Shown here: one piece after another, positions 1 to 11,400 of the stretch
How positions within the stretch are numbered: the first letter of the stretch is position 1
How the letters are laid out: each line of letters opens with the position of its first letter
Assembly (NCBI GenBank): GCA_963762255.1
Contig: CAVXKA010000001.1
Span: 1,152,001-1,216,000 of the forward strand
DNA: 64,000 bases
DNA from: Candidatus Eiseniibacteriota bacterium
GTDB taxonomy: Bacteria > Eisenbacteria > RBG-16-71-46 > JABDJR01
Direction of reading: 5' to 3'
Program-made: the position numbers and the translations under genes
The notes under the pieces: model-generated
The model's input: only the letters and a program-made list of their open reading frames with translations
What the model was told of the DNA's origin: nothing
Databases searched by the model: none

Positions 1-934
1 CGGAGGTCACCCCGGCTCGCACGCGCGTTCCGAGGGGCAGGCTGGCCTGCATGCGCGCCTGGACCGCGTTGCCGGAACTCGCCTTGAGTTCCTCCACGCT
101 CTCCCCCCCGCTCGCCCGGACGGTGTTCTCCGCCTTGAGGACGGTCAGGGCCAGCGCCTCCACGCGCACACCGTTGCCTCCGCTCCGGCCCGCGGCCTGG
201 AGCTCGAGCTGGTTGCCTTCCTCGAACAAGGTCGCGCCGTCGAGTTCGTCCTTTCCATAGATGCGATACACCGCATCCAGGCGAAGGAGGGCGGCGGGAC
301 GATCCGCCGAGCCTCCCCCGAGATCGAGGCCGGCGGATGCCGAGACCTCGGGAGCGGGGCGGTAGTCACCGCCCCCCGCGAAAAGCGTGTAGCTCCCGCG
401 GCGCACGAACCCTCCGCCCAGAGCGAATCGCGCGCGCGGAGCCAGCGGGAACGCGACGGCGAGTCCGCCGCTCAGGTTTAACCCTGCGCCGTAGTCCTTG
501 GCGCGGAAGCCGAGGACCGGCAGCGCCAGCGTGCGCGCCACGGCGAACTCCTCCGTGTCGAGCTCGGTCGACCCGGTCGGAAAGCCGGCGCCGGCCTGCA
601 CGAGGAGCCGGTCGTGCAGCAGGCGGATGAAGAGCTGCGCGTTGAGATCGGCGGCGCCGCCCAGCGAGGACGAGGATCCCTCGGCGGGGTCCACCGAGGC
701 GAACGCACCGGATCCGGAGAGGACGAGGTCGGCTTGGCGGCCGATGCCGACCGTGGCCACAACCGGAAGATGGAGTTGGTCGATCGTGCCGGTCTCCGCG
801 CCCCCGCGTTTCACGGTCCAACTCCGGTAGCTCCCGGGAATGCGCAAGGTGCCCGATGCATCCGCCAACGCGGGCATCATAGCGACGAGGAGCGCGGGCA
901 GGAGAAGCGCGACGATGCTATAGCGCCGAATCAT
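1..934 (-). CDS. Secreted outer-membrane beta-barrel-like protein (3' end runs off the window)
   Basis: Not in the ORF track because it has no stop in the window. ATG at 934 overlaps the TGA of the upstream gene (ATGA). Reads MIRRYSIVALLLPALLVAMMPALADASG... (signal peptide), followed by amphipathic beta-strand-like segments (GAGLNLSGGLAVAF, LRLDAVYRIYG) open to position 1. Confidence 0.65.
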   Translation of the reverse strand, partial: MIRRYSIVALLLPALLVAMMPALADASGTLRIPGSYRSWTVKRGGAETGTIDQLHLPVVATVGIGRQADLVLSGSGAFASVDPAEGSSSSLGGAADLNAQLFIRLLHDRLLVQAGAGFPTGSTELDTEEFAVARTLALPVLGFRAKDYGAGLNLSGGLAVAFPLAPRARFALGGGFVRRGSYTLFAGGGDYRPAPEVSASAGLDLGGGSADRPAALLRLDAVYRIYGKDELDGATLFEEGNQLELQAAGRSGGNGVRVEALALTVLKAENTVRASGGESVEELKASSGNAVQARMQASLPLGTRVRAGVTS

Positions 935-2565
935 CGCTGCCTCCTCGGGAGGTCCCCGCCGATGAGAATGGTCCCGGTCAGGCCGTCTCCCTCGCCGAAC
1001 TTCTCGGTCTGCGTCACGGTGGGATCCCGGTCCGCCCATCGATCGAGGTCCGGCCCGGGCCCGAGGCCGGTCCATGCGCCGGTGCGCAGGAGCCGGTCGG
1101 CATCGCCTGCAGGAGCGGATGGCATCGTCTGCTCGAGTTCGGCGTGATCGACGCGGGTCTGGTCGTCGGGGGTAACCTCGGCGACATCGCGCGACTCGCG
1201 GGCTTCCTGGAACCCCGGGTCCCTGCTCAGGGCTTCCTTGAACGCGGCCAGCGCCTCCTCACTGCGGCCCTGATCTTCGAGCACCAATCCCTGAGACCAA
1301 GCCATGAACGCGCCGAAGTTGTCGGTGGCGATCCGCGAGATCGCGCGGCGCTCCTCCTCGGTGGGGGTCACGCCGAGGGCGGCCAGGATCTGCGCGAGAA
1401 GGTCCTTTTCCAGATGCAGGATACGGTTGAGCGGTCCGCTCACCGGGTTTCCCGCCGGCGCAAGAGTCCCTTCGCGCGTCGCCACGAGCGACGCGTCGAG
1501 GCGAACGTCACGTTCGCCCAACGGGGTGAAGGCCCCCTGCACGAAACGCCGGGCGCCGAGGATCTTCCCGAGCCGGGGCGCGGAGTCGGGGGCCACCGCG
1601 GTGACGATGGGAGCCTCGGCCGGCGCGAGCGCATCCATCGCCGACTTCATCGTAGCTTCGGTGCGCGGCCCGACGAGGCCGTCCGCGGTCAATCCGTGAT
1701 CGGTCTGGAACGCGCGCACCGACTCCACGAGCGCGGGGCTGCCCTGATCGTCCATGGCGCCGGTGAAATAGGGCTTCCCGGTGTCGGGGTCGATCAGCGC
1801 GGCGAGGCGCTCCTTGAGCCCCATCGCGGTGTCGATCGCATGCAACCGCGACGGGGTGGTAGCGGCCATTGCTGGCGGCTGCGCAAGGTCCAACTCGTCC
1901 AGCAGCACCTGCAGGCGGTCGCGCTCGAGCACGCGGAACTCGCCCACCTTGGAGAGATCGGTGACGAGGATCGCGGCCAGGCCCCGGGACAATGGGGCCA
2001 GGGTGTCGCTCGCCGCCACGTTGACGAAGTCCGGGACGGCCAGCGTGTTCTCGGGGATGGAACTCGCCGAGAGGCTCGCCTCCCGGGCCACCGCCGCCTT
2101 CACCTCGGCTTGCGCGCGCCGCCGGCTGATCTCGTTCAACCGCGCGCGCACCGCGGACGCATATTTGCCGTCTAGGTCGAGATACGCGCCGTATGCCTTG
2201 GCCGATCGGTCCAGTTGCCCGGTCGCCTCTGCGGCCCGCCCCAGATGGAACGCGGTCATGGAGTCCTTGGGATTTGCCTGCCAGGCCTTCTCCAAGGTCG
2301 TCACCGCCTCCTTGGTCTGTCCGGTTTCGAGAAGGGCGATGCCCAGGTTTCGGTTGAGAATCGCGTCGTCGGGCCGGGTCGCCAGCGCTTCGCGGAGCAC
2401 CGGCACCGCGGCCGTGTAATCGCCGCGGCGGAGGAGGTCGTCGCCGGGGCCTTGGGGGGCGGTCGCGCAGCCGGCGGCGAGGAGGCCGACCGCGAGGAGG
2501 GAGATCCGGATCGCGTTTGGGCCCCGCCACAGGATCGGACGCGGGTGATGCGTAGGCGACATCAC
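931..2565 (-). CDS. Lipoprotein with TPR repeats, CsgG-like domain and inserted peptidoglycan-binding domain
   Basis: Lipobox LAAGC; TPR motifs (NLGIALLETGQTKEAVTTLEKA); CsgG-like segment LAVPDF...LVTDLSKVGEFRVLERDRLQVLLDEL...LGKILGARRFVQG; PG_binding_1-like VRAFQTDHGLTADGLVGPRT. Confidence 0.75.
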   Translation of the reverse strand: MMSPTHHPRPILWRGPNAIRISLLAVGLLAAGCATAPQGPGDDLLRRGDYTAAVPVLREALATRPDDAILNRNLGIALLETGQTKEAVTTLEKAWQANPKDSMTAFHLGRAAEATGQLDRSAKAYGAYLDLDGKYASAVRARLNEISRRRAQAEVKAAVAREASLSASSIPENTLAVPDFVNVAASDTLAPLSRGLAAILVTDLSKVGEFRVLERDRLQVLLDELDLAQPPAMAATTPSRLHAIDTAMGLKERLAALIDPDTGKPYFTGAMDDQGSPALVESVRAFQTDHGLTADGLVGPRTEATMKSAMDALAPAEAPIVTAVAPDSAPRLGKILGARRFVQGAFTPLGERDVRLDASLVATREGTLAPAGNPVSGPLNRILHLEKDLLAQILAALGVTPTEEERRAISRIATDNFGAFMAWSQGLVLEDQGRSEEALAAFKEALSRDPGFQEARESRDVAEVTPDDQTRVDHAELEQTMPSAPAGDADRLLRTGAWTGLGPGPDLDRWADRDPTVTQTEKFGEGDGLTGTILIGGDLPRRQR

Positions 2566-3740
2566 CGGCCTCCTCCCGAATTCATGGCCAGGTAGGCGCT
2601 GAGCCCCTGGGCACGGCCGGTGGCCGCCTCATCTCCAGGGTTTATCCGGCTCACCTCAGCCCAGGCGGTTCGCGCCGCGGCCAGGTCCCCGCGATCCTCG
2701 GCCAGGATGGCTTCGCCGGTCTTGAGCAGGAGATCCATGTAGGCCGTGTCCTTGAGGAGTGCCTTCCGCTTGTCCTCCAGATAGGGCTTCATCGACTTCT
2801 CGAGGTCCTCCTTACCTCCCGCGCTGCCCAGGAGCTTCTGCAGCCGCGGAACGAGGTGCTCCAGCAGTACCCGGCGCTCGAGCTTGAATAGATCGTCGGA
2901 GGAGCCCAACGATCCCTCCACGCCCTCGGCGAGGAGGATCTCCCCGGTGGAGGTGTCCACCCAGCGCAGGTCGAGCCGCACCTTCTTCTCATCCACCTGC
3001 ATGAGGCTACCGAAGAGAAAGGACTGCGCGCCGGTCAGCTTGCCCAGCGGGACCCGGTAACGCGGGTCGGTGATCTGCGCGTTCTGGCTCATCTGGATCT
3101 CTTCGCGGAGAACGTTCAGGCGCTGGCGATCCACCAGGGTAAGCGGCGTGGCCTCCTGCAGATCCGTGATCATGATCTGCGTGAGCCCCTTGGCGAACGC
3201 GTTCAGGTTGTACTTGCCGGTCACGATCGAGTTGTTCTCGATGTCTCCCACCGCCAGGGTCCGGATGTCGAGCCGTGAAGTCCCGATCCCGTCGGCGCCG
3301 CCGGCGAGGAGCAGGCTGTCCCGGAGCCCATAGAAGAGCGTCACCAGCGGGGGGGGCAGGACCTCGGGTCGTTCGAGTTCCGCACCGGGATCGTCGCGCA
3401 GGATCTCCAGAATGGCCGCCCTTGCTTGCGGGGCGCGCCCCGAGGCCAGGTGCACCGCAGCGAGGGCGGAGAGGACCCGGCGCCGCTCGCCGGCGGCCAC
3501 CGAGGCGTCGGCCAGGACGACCTGCCCGCACGCAATAGCCTCCGTCTGGCGTAGGTCGAAGAAGAAACTCATGGGGTCTTGCCGGAAAGAGGCCAGCGTG
3601 GTGGGGTCGGCGGGCTGTGCCGAGGCACACGGAGGCATCGCCGCCGCCGCGGTGAGGAGCGCCAGGACCGAGAGGAGGCTTATAAAGTGTCCGCGCGCCG
3701 CGGACGGGATGCGTGTCGAGGTCACAATCGTTTGGAGCAT
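2562..3740 (-). CDS. Secreted CsgG/HfaB-family protein with TPR-like helices
   Basis: Hydrophobic signal region; TLAVGDIEN...MITDLQEATPLTLVDRQRLNVLREEI...LGKLTGAQSFLFGS...LRWVDTSTGEIL is the CsgG-like fold signature. Start codon uncertain. Confidence 0.7.
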   Translation of the reverse strand: MLQTIVTSTRIPSAARGHFISLLSVLALLTAAAAMPPCASAQPADPTTLASFRQDPMSFFFDLRQTEAIACGQVVLADASVAAGERRRVLSALAAVHLASGRAPQARAAILEILRDDPGAELERPEVLPPPLVTLFYGLRDSLLLAGGADGIGTSRLDIRTLAVGDIENNSIVTGKYNLNAFAKGLTQIMITDLQEATPLTLVDRQRLNVLREEIQMSQNAQITDPRYRVPLGKLTGAQSFLFGSLMQVDEKKVRLDLRWVDTSTGEILLAEGVEGSLGSSDDLFKLERRVLLEHLVPRLQKLLGSAGGKEDLEKSMKPYLEDKRKALLKDTAYMDLLLKTGEAILAEDRGDLAAARTAWAEVSRINPGDEAATGRAQGLSAYLAMNSGGGR

Positions 3741-4029
3741 GGCTCGGATTCTCCGTCTGGGTTTAGAAGATGATGCGACGGTGAGCGCCGAGGATCTCAA
3801 CTGGAACCGAGACACTAGCACCAGAAGGTGACCTGCTCAAGCGAGCCCGCACCCCGGCATTCAGCGCCCCGGCCCCCTGCGGCAAACTTCCCACCCGTCC
3901 CACCGCGCCGCTGTACGCGGCTCATCCGCCGGTCTCCTTCCGCCGATCTCTCTCCCGAGCGGGTCCGAAACGGCTGACCGACCCGTTTCAACGCCGCCCG
4001 TTCCCGCCGGCGCCACCAGGGAGATCACC

Positions 4030-5139
4030 ATGAAGCCCGCACCGATCGCATGCACGCTCGCGCTCTTCCTCGGGGCCCTCGCCCTCGTCGCGCCTGCCGC
4101 TCGCGCCCAGGCCACCTTCGAGGATCAGGTCATGGAGATCGTGAACCAGGAGCGCTGGAACAACGGCCAGCTCGCGCCGCTCAGGCGCTGCGGTCTTCTC
4201 GACAACTCGACCGGTTTGCAAAGCGAGAACATGTCCGCGCGGGAATTCTTCGCTCACTGCGATCCGGATACGAAGACCCTGCCCTGGAATCGCATGAACG
4301 CCGCCGGCTACATGTACAACTCCGCCGCGGAGAACATCGCCGCAGGGCAGACGACGCCGAGCTCGGTCATGGCCGCCTGGATGGGGAGCAGCGGCCACCG
4401 CGCCAACATCCTCTCGACCAGCTACCGGGAGCTCGGAATCGGCTACGTCTATCAATCCGGCGACTTGGCCAACATCCGCAGCGATGCCAACGGCGACTGC
4501 ACCTCCGACACGTTCAACGGCGGTCCCTACCGGCACTACTGGACCCAGAACTTCGGCCGCCGCAACTTCGTCTATCCGGTCGTCATCAACCGCGAGGCCT
4601 ACGAGAGTTCGAGCCGCGACGTGAGCCTCTACATCTACGGCATCGGGTTCGCGGTGGACATGCGCATCCGCAACGACGCCGGGACCTGGTCCGAGTGGAT
4701 GCCCTACGTCACCGACACGAGCTGGACCTTGAGCGCCATCAACGGCGTCCGCACGGTCGAGGTCGAGATTCGTAACGGCACCACCGTGTTCAGCGCGAGC
4801 GACACCATCCTTCTCGACGCGGTCTTGACCGCGGTCCCCGGTGACGGTCTCGCCGCGATCCCGGGCCCGACGCTGCGCGCTCCGTCCCCGAACCCCACGC
4901 GCGCCGGCGCGCGCTTGAGCTTCGAGCTCCCGCGCGAGGGGGCGGTCCAGCTCGCGGTGTACGACCTCGCCGGCCGCCGCGTGCGCCTCCTGTCCGAGGG
5001 GGTACGCCCGGCGGGCGCCCACGAGATCCTCTGGGACGGCCGCAGCGACGTCGGCACGCGCCCCGCGCGAGGGATCTACTTCGTGCGACTCTCGGCGCTC
5101 GGAGAGGTCCGCACCACGAAGATCCTCTTAGGCGACTGA
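4030..5139 (+). CDS. Secreted CAP/SCP-domain protein with C-terminal FlgD-Ig (T9SS-like) domain
   Basis: Signal peptide; AAENIAAGQ..WMGSSGHRANIL..ELGIG..YWTQNFG (CAP domain); PSPNP..VYDLAGRRVR..WDGRSD..GIYFVRL C-terminal domain. Confidence 0.85.
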   Translation: MKPAPIACTLALFLGALALVAPAARAQATFEDQVMEIVNQERWNNGQLAPLRRCGLLDNSTGLQSENMSAREFFAHCDPDTKTLPWNRMNAAGYMYNSAAENIAAGQTTPSSVMAAWMGSSGHRANILSTSYRELGIGYVYQSGDLANIRSDANGDCTSDTFNGGPYRHYWTQNFGRRNFVYPVVINREAYESSSRDVSLYIYGIGFAVDMRIRNDAGTWSEWMPYVTDTSWTLSAINGVRTVEVEIRNGTTVFSASDTILLDAVLTAVPGDGLAAIPGPTLRAPSPNPTRAGARLSFELPREGAVQLAVYDLAGRRVRLLSEGVRPAGAHEILWDGRSDVGTRPARGIYFVRLSALGEVRTTKILLGD

Positions 5140-5295
5140 CGTCGGGCGCAAGCCAGAGGGGGTGGACTCGACATACCCCCCTTGCGCTATCATCCTGCCA
5201 CGGTCGCACCCCCGGCCGCATGTATCCCGTGGTCGCGTCCGCACGTGCGGGCGTGATCGTCGTTTAGTGACACCTCATGCCCCAGGAGTCTATCC

Positions 5296-5957
5296 ATGAT
5301 GACGCCATCATCCGGCGCTTTGCGCCGGGTAGGGCGGCGCGTGTTGTCTTCCGCCGCTCTGCTCGCAATCGTTTCCTTCGCTCTTGTCGCCTCTCTCGCC
5401 GCCTGCCAGGGCGGCGCGCCGCAGCAGCAGACTCAGACCCCCGCGGCGCAGCCCGCTGCCATGAGCCCGGTCGTGCAAGGCAAGCATCTCGTTACGACCA
5501 TGGGCTGCAACGACTGTCACACACCGTGGAAGATGGGGCCGAGCGGCCCGGAGCCCGACATGTCGTTGATGCTGTCGGGGCATCCGCAGGCGCTCGTCAT
5601 GCCTCCGCCGCCGAAGTTCCCCGAGGGTCCGTGGATGTGGGCGGGCTCGGGCACGATGACCGCGTTTGCGGGACCGTGGGGAGTGAGCTTCTCCGCGAAC
5701 CTCACGCCCGACACCACCACCGGTCTCGGCGCGTGGGACGAGGACGATGTTCGCCGAGACGTCTTCGAAACGGTAAGCACATGGGCACCGGGCGTCCGAT
5801 CCTGCCCCCCATGCCGTGGAGTTGGTACGGGCAGTTGACCGATGATGAGTTGAAGGCGATCTTCGCCTATCTGCGGTCGATTCCGCCCATCGAGAACCAG
5901 GTTCCCGCACCCCTCATCGCCGCAGGCCCGCCCGGCGGCGCGGGCGCGGGGAAGTAA
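5296..5957 (+). CDS. c-type cytochrome lipoprotein (cytochrome c-553-like); frameshifted near 5745-5770
   Basis: LAAC lipobox, CNDCH heme motif, FAGPWGVSFSANLTPD..TGLG; continues in another frame as GRPILPPMPW..LTDDELKAIFAYLRSIPPI. Confidence 0.75.
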
Positions 5958-6036
5958 CCGCCGCCGTGCCGGCGGGGCGCGTCACGTGGGTGAAGGCCCG
6001 CGTGCACGCCCGCCGCCGCGCGCGGAGGAGAGCATC

Positions 6037-6342
6037 ATGAGAGTCATCGCCGATCTGTGCGTCGTCCCCGTGGGGGTGGGCGTGTCGGTCTCGAAATACG
6101 TCGCCGCCTGCGAGAAGGTCCTTCGGGAGGCGGGTCTGAACCCGCGCCTCCACGCCTACGGCACCAACGTCGAGGGTGAGTGGGACGAGGTGTTCGCCGC
6201 CATCCGGCGCTGCCACGAGGTGGTGCATGCGATGGGCGCGCCGCGCATTTCGAGTACGCTCCGGTTCGGCACGCGCACGGATCGCGAACAATCGATGCAG
6301 GACAAGATCGAGAGCGTGGAACGCAAGCTCGGGGATCGCTGA
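6037..6342 (+). CDS. MTH1187/YkoF-like thiamine-binding family protein
   Basis: MRVIADLCVVPVGVGVSVSKYVA..HAYGTNVEGEWDEVF..RTDREQSMQDKIESV; GGAGAG RBS. Confidence 0.85.
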   Translation: MRVIADLCVVPVGVGVSVSKYVAACEKVLREAGLNPRLHAYGTNVEGEWDEVFAAIRRCHEVVHAMGAPRISSTLRFGTRTDREQSMQDKIESVERKLGDR

Positions 6343-6395
6343 AGCGACCGCGATCCCCGAGCGCCCACCTCGCTCTCGTGGAGAGGAGGCCGTTC

Positions 6396-7142
6396 GTGGC
6401 TCCCACCGTTCTGACCGTAAGCCTCGACTTCTTCGTGACCCCGCTGCCGCCGTGGGCCGGCCCCGGCGACAAGCGGCTTTCCGACGATCATTACCGCGTC
6501 TGGCCGGAGGCCGACGTGCGGCACTTCCTCGAGGACAAGTGCCGGCTGGGCACCTCGGATCCGCTTCCGGGCCGCGTCGTGGACGAGCACGACGGCCCGT
6601 TCCATGTCTGGCGCGACCTCGTGCGGCGCGGGGAGTTGGAAACGCCCTTCGATCTCGTTCAGGTGGACGCGCACACGAACCTCGGCAGCCACGACACCGG
6701 TTGGGTGTACGTTCTGGGCACGCTCATGCACCTGCCGGTGGCACGGCGCGCCGAGGCGCTCAACTCCAAACGCATCACGCCGGAGAACTACCTCCTCTTC
6801 GCCGCGGCCTGCGGGTGGCTGCGCTCGATCACGCTCGTCACGCACCCGCAGTGGGAGCCGGACGCGCTCGACATCCTGTTCAAGGAGCGGAACCCCGCCA
6901 CCGGCGAACTCGAGCTGCGGGCCTACGACCGCAACCAGCTCCACATGGCCTTCGAGATGGAGGGGATGGAGCTGCCCCCGCCGTTGCATGTGGACCCGGT
7001 GGTGCCGGTGTGGACGGTGGACGTGCGGGAGTACGCCGAGGAGCGCCCGTTCGACCACGTGATCGTGACGCGGGCGATGAGTCACACCCCGTCCGAGGCG
7101 GACAGCCTGCGCCGCCTCCCCAAGGAATACGTTCGGGATTGA
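6396..7142 (+). CDS. UPF0489-like (arginase/deacetylase-fold) protein
   Basis: GTG start after GAGGAGG; LDFF..WPEADVRHFLE..WRDLVRRGELETPFDLVQVDAHTNLG..NYLLFAAACGWL. Confidence 0.6.
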   Translation: MAPTVLTVSLDFFVTPLPPWAGPGDKRLSDDHYRVWPEADVRHFLEDKCRLGTSDPLPGRVVDEHDGPFHVWRDLVRRGELETPFDLVQVDAHTNLGSHDTGWVYVLGTLMHLPVARRAEALNSKRITPENYLLFAAACGWLRSITLVTHPQWEPDALDILFKERNPATGELELRAYDRNQLHMAFEMEGMELPPPLHVDPVVPVWTVDVREYAEERPFDHVIVTRAMSHTPSEADSLRRLPKEYVRD

Positions 7143-7350
7143 TCCCCCGGCGACCTCCCCGTGATGAGCGTTTCGGAGGTCTTCGGCCGACCTGGATTTC
7201 GCTCGCCCCTTGGGCATTGTGATAGGCTATCGGTCCTCAGATCCTTCCTTTGAACCCCTCTCAGCCATTGTCGCCCGGTTCGCCCGTTCGCCGCGACTTC
7301 CGCGGCCGGCGTCCCGGCGGCCCTCGTTCGCACGATGAGGATTTCGTTTC

Positions 7351-8487
7351 ATGCTGCCTGAACTCCGTCCCGTTGCCCGGTCGCTCACCGTGATCCTGGT
7401 CCTGGCCCTCGTTGCCGGCTGCGGCAAGAAGAACCCGGCCCCCGGTCCGGGCGGGGCGCGCGCCGAGGCCGCCCCCGGCGCCCCCGGGCGCGGCGGCCCG
7501 CCGCCGGCACCCGCCATCCCGGTCGCGGTCGAACCCGCCCACCGCGGTCCCATCGCGAGCTACTACGCCGCCACCGCCAGCCTCGAGCCGGACAAGGCCG
7601 CGCAGATTCTCGCCCGCGTCTCCGGCATCATCACCGCGGTTCGCGCCGAAGAGGGCGACGTGGTGCGCAAGGGGGAGGAACTCCTCGTCATCGAGGACGA
7701 CCAGTATCGGTTGCGGCTGGCGCAGGCCGAGGCCGAGGCGGCCAAGCAGAAGATGAAGTTCGACCGGCTGCAGAAGATGTTCGAGGGAAGCCTCGTCTCG
7801 GCGGAAGAATTCGAATCCGGCCAGAACGACTTCAAGTCGGCCGATGCCGCGCGCGATCTCGCGCAGCTCGAGCTCTCCTACACGCACGTCACCGCGCCCA
7901 TCGGCGGGCGCGTCGTGGAGCGGCTGGTCGACCTCGGCCAGAGCGTCAACAACAACACGCCTCTCTTTTCGATCGCCGATCTGCACCGGCTGCTGGCCCG
8001 GGTGCACGTGCCGGCCAAGGAATTCGGCAAGCTGAAGCCCGACCAGCCGGTGGATCTCAGCGTCGACTCCAACGGCGCGAAGCTCCAGGGACGGATCACG
8101 CTCGTGAGCCCGGTCATCGACGCCGCCACCGGCACCATCAAGGTCACGGTGGAGGTGCCCGAGTACCCGGCCTCGGTGCGCCCCGGCGATTTCGCCCAGG
8201 TGCGCATCGTGACCGAGCGCCACCCCGAAGCGCTCCTCGTCCCCTCCATCGCCGTGATCAGCGACAAGGGCGAGCAAGTCGTGTACGTCGTCGCCGATTC
8301 CACCGCCGAGCGCCGCGTCGTCGCACTCGGCCTTCAGGACGAGGAGCACACCGAGGTCTTGAACGGGGTGCGCGACGGCGATCGCGTGGTGGTGCAGGGA
8401 CAGCGCTCGCTCAAGCATGGAGCGCCGATCAAGCTGCTCGACCGCGTGATCTTCGAGACCGCCAAGCCGGAGAGCGCGGGGGCCTGA
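7351..8487 (+). CDS. RND efflux periplasmic adaptor (membrane fusion protein)
   Basis: Lipobox VAGC; ARVSGII..EEGDVVRKGE; LSYTHVTAPIGG; SPVIDAATGTIKV. Confidence 0.9.
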   Translation: MLPELRPVARSLTVILVLALVAGCGKKNPAPGPGGARAEAAPGAPGRGGPPPAPAIPVAVEPAHRGPIASYYAATASLEPDKAAQILARVSGIITAVRAEEGDVVRKGEELLVIEDDQYRLRLAQAEAEAAKQKMKFDRLQKMFEGSLVSAEEFESGQNDFKSADAARDLAQLELSYTHVTAPIGGRVVERLVDLGQSVNNNTPLFSIADLHRLLARVHVPAKEFGKLKPDQPVDLSVDSNGAKLQGRITLVSPVIDAATGTIKVTVEVPEYPASVRPGDFAQVRIVTERHPEALLVPSIAVISDKGEQVVYVVADSTAERRVVALGLQDEEHTEVLNGVRDGDRVVVQGQRSLKHGAPIKLLDRVIFETAKPESAGA

Positions 8488-11400
8488 TGCGCTCTTTCAT
8501 CGCGCTCGCCGTCCGCCGCCGCGTGACGGTGCTCATGACCGCGCTGGCGGTGGTGGCCTTCGGCATCGTGGGCTACCAGCGCCTGGCCCTCGATCTGCTT
8601 CCCGACATCAGCTATCCCTCGCTCACCGTGCAGACCGACTTTCCCGACACCGCCCCCGCCGAGGTGGAGAACCTGGTCACGCGGCCCGTGGAAGAGGCGG
8701 TGGGAGTTCTCAAGGGTCTCAAGACCGTGCACTCCGTCTCCCGCTCCGGCGTCTCCGAGGTCACCCTCGAGTTCGAGTGGGGCTCGGACATGGATGTCCT
8801 CTCCATGGACGTGCGGGACAAGTTGGATCGTCTGGTGCTGCCCGCCGAGGCCGAAGATCCCATCGTGCTGCGCTTCGATCCCTCGCTCGATCCGGTCATG
8901 CGCCTCGCCCTGTCCGGTCCCTCCGACTTGACCGTGCTCCGCCAGATCGCGGACAAGCAGCTCAAACAGGAGTTCGAGACGATCAAGGGAGTGGCCGCGG
9001 CGCAGATCAAGGGCGGCCTCGAGGAAGAGATCCAGATCGACGTCGACCAGGAGCGACTGGCCGCGATGGGCGTGCCGCTCGAGCCGCGTCGGTGAGGTGG
9101 TGGGGGTCTCCAACATCAACCTTCCGGGCGGCTCGCTGCGAGGATCAGCAGAGCCAGTACCTCATCCGCACCGTGAACGAGTACGACACGGTGGAGGAGA
9201 TCGGCGAACTCATCCTCCGCCAGGACGAGACGCGGCAGCGTGCGGCTCAAGGATGTGGCCGACGTACTGCGGGGCGCCAAGGAGCGCGAGGAGATCACCC
9301 GCGTCAACGGCGTGGAGAGCGTCGAGATCGCCATCTTCAAGGAGGGCGACGCCAACACCGTCAGCACCGCGCGCTCGGTGCACGCGCGCATCGCCGAACT
9401 CGGAGAGAAGCTGCCCGCCCGACCACCGCGTCTCCGTTCTCTTCGACCAGTCCCGCTTCATCGACCAGGCGGTGAGCGAGGTGCGCAACTCCGCGCTCCT
9501 GGGCGGACTGCTCGCCATCCTCGTTCTCTTCGCTTTCCTGCGCGACCTGCGCAGCACGTTGATCATCGCGATCTCGATCCCGCTGTCGCTGGTCGCCGCA
9601 TTTCTGTTCATGTACCGGATGGACATCTCGCTCAACGTCATGTCCCTGGGCGGGCTCACGCTCGGGGTCGGCATGCTCGTCGACAACTCGATCGTCGTGC
9701 TGGAGTCCATCTTCCGAAAACGCCAGGAAGGGCTCCCGCATCGTGAAGGCCACCGTCGAGGGCACCCACGAGGTGGCCGGCGCGGTGATCGCGTCCACGC
9801 TCACCACCGTCGCCGTCTTCCTGCCCATCGTGTTCGTCGAAGGGATCGCCGGCCAGCTCTTCAAGGACCAGGCGCTCACGGTGACCTTGAGCCTGCTCGC
9901 GTCCCTGGTCGTGGCGATCACCATGATCCCGATGCTGGCCGCGCTCGGCCGTCAGAAGAGCGCCGACAAGCTCTCCATGCCCGATTTCGAGCAATCGCCG
10001 CAGACCCTCGGCGCGTTCTCGCGAGCCTACGACCGAATCGTGCGTGCCGCGCTGCGGCGCAAATGGGCCACGATCGCGATCGCTTTCGGCATCTTCGCCG
10101 CATCTCTCGCCGGGGTCCGTCTGCTCGGCACCCAGCTCATCCCCCAGATCAGCGAGGGCGAGTTCTTCTTCGAGGTGAACATGCCCGAGGGCACGCCGCT
10201 CACCGCCACCGACCAGGTCATGAAGACCATGGAGACGGCTGCCGCAGCGGAGCCCGGCGTGGAAACCGTCTTCAGCACCGTCGGGAGCCGCCTCGTCGCC
10301 GGAGGGCATGTCGCTCAACACCAAGGCCGAGAACCTGGGGCAGGTCAACGTGGTCATGAAGAACCGCTCCGACGCCGCCGGGCGAGCTGGCCGCCACGGA
10401 CCGCCTCCGGGGGCGCTTCGAAGGCGTTCCCGACCTCGAGGTGAAGATCGGGAAGCCCACCTACTTCAGCCTCAAGACCCCGGTCGAGGTCGTGCTCTAC
10501 GGGGAGAGCCTTGAAGAGCTGCGCGACTATTCGCTCGAGCTGGCACAGGATCTCGAACGCGTGCCCGGGCTGGTCGACGTGCGGTCCTCGCTCGAGGCCG
10601 GCAAGCCCCGAGCTGCAGATCGTCTTCGACCGTGCGCGACTGGCCACGCTCGGCCTCGACATGCGCACGCTCTCCGAGACGCTGCGCGACCGCGTGCAGG
10701 GGACGGTGCCCACGCGGTTCAAGGAAGAAGATCGTCAGATCGACATCCGCGTGCGCAACCAGGATTCCGACCGCGCCACCGCCCAGGACGTGCGCAATCT
10801 CGTGCTTCCCGGGCCGAACGGCGAGCCGATCCGGCTCACCACCGTCGCCGACGTACGTGTGGGGCGAGGCCCCGCCGAGATCCATCGCTTGCAGCAGCAG
10901 CGCGCCGCGATCGTCAGCGCGAACGTCGAAGACCGAAGCCTGGGCGCGGTGATGGGCGACATTCGCGAGACCCTGCGGAACGATCCGCCCCCCGGCGGGC
11001 ATCTCCGCGGAGCTCGGCGGCCAGGACGAGGAGATGCGGGTCTCCTATCGCCAGCCTGCGTTTCGCCATCGCGCTCGCGATCTTCCTCGTCTATCTCGTC
11101 ATGGCCGCGACCTTCGAGTCGTTCGTCCATCCCTTCGTCGTCATGTTCACCATCCCGCTCGCGCTGGTGGGCGTGGTCCTCGGGCTTCTCGTCACCGGCA
11201 CCGAGATCAGCGTGATCGTGCTCATCGGCGCGGTGATGCTGGTGGGGATCGTCGTCAACAACGCGATCGTTCTCGTCGACAAGGTGAACCAGCTTCGCCG
11301 CGCAGGGCGTCGCCAAGGAAGAGGCTCTGGTGCTCGCGGGGCACATCCGGCTTCGTCCGATCCTCATGACGACGCTCACCACCGTGCTGGGGCTCGTGCC

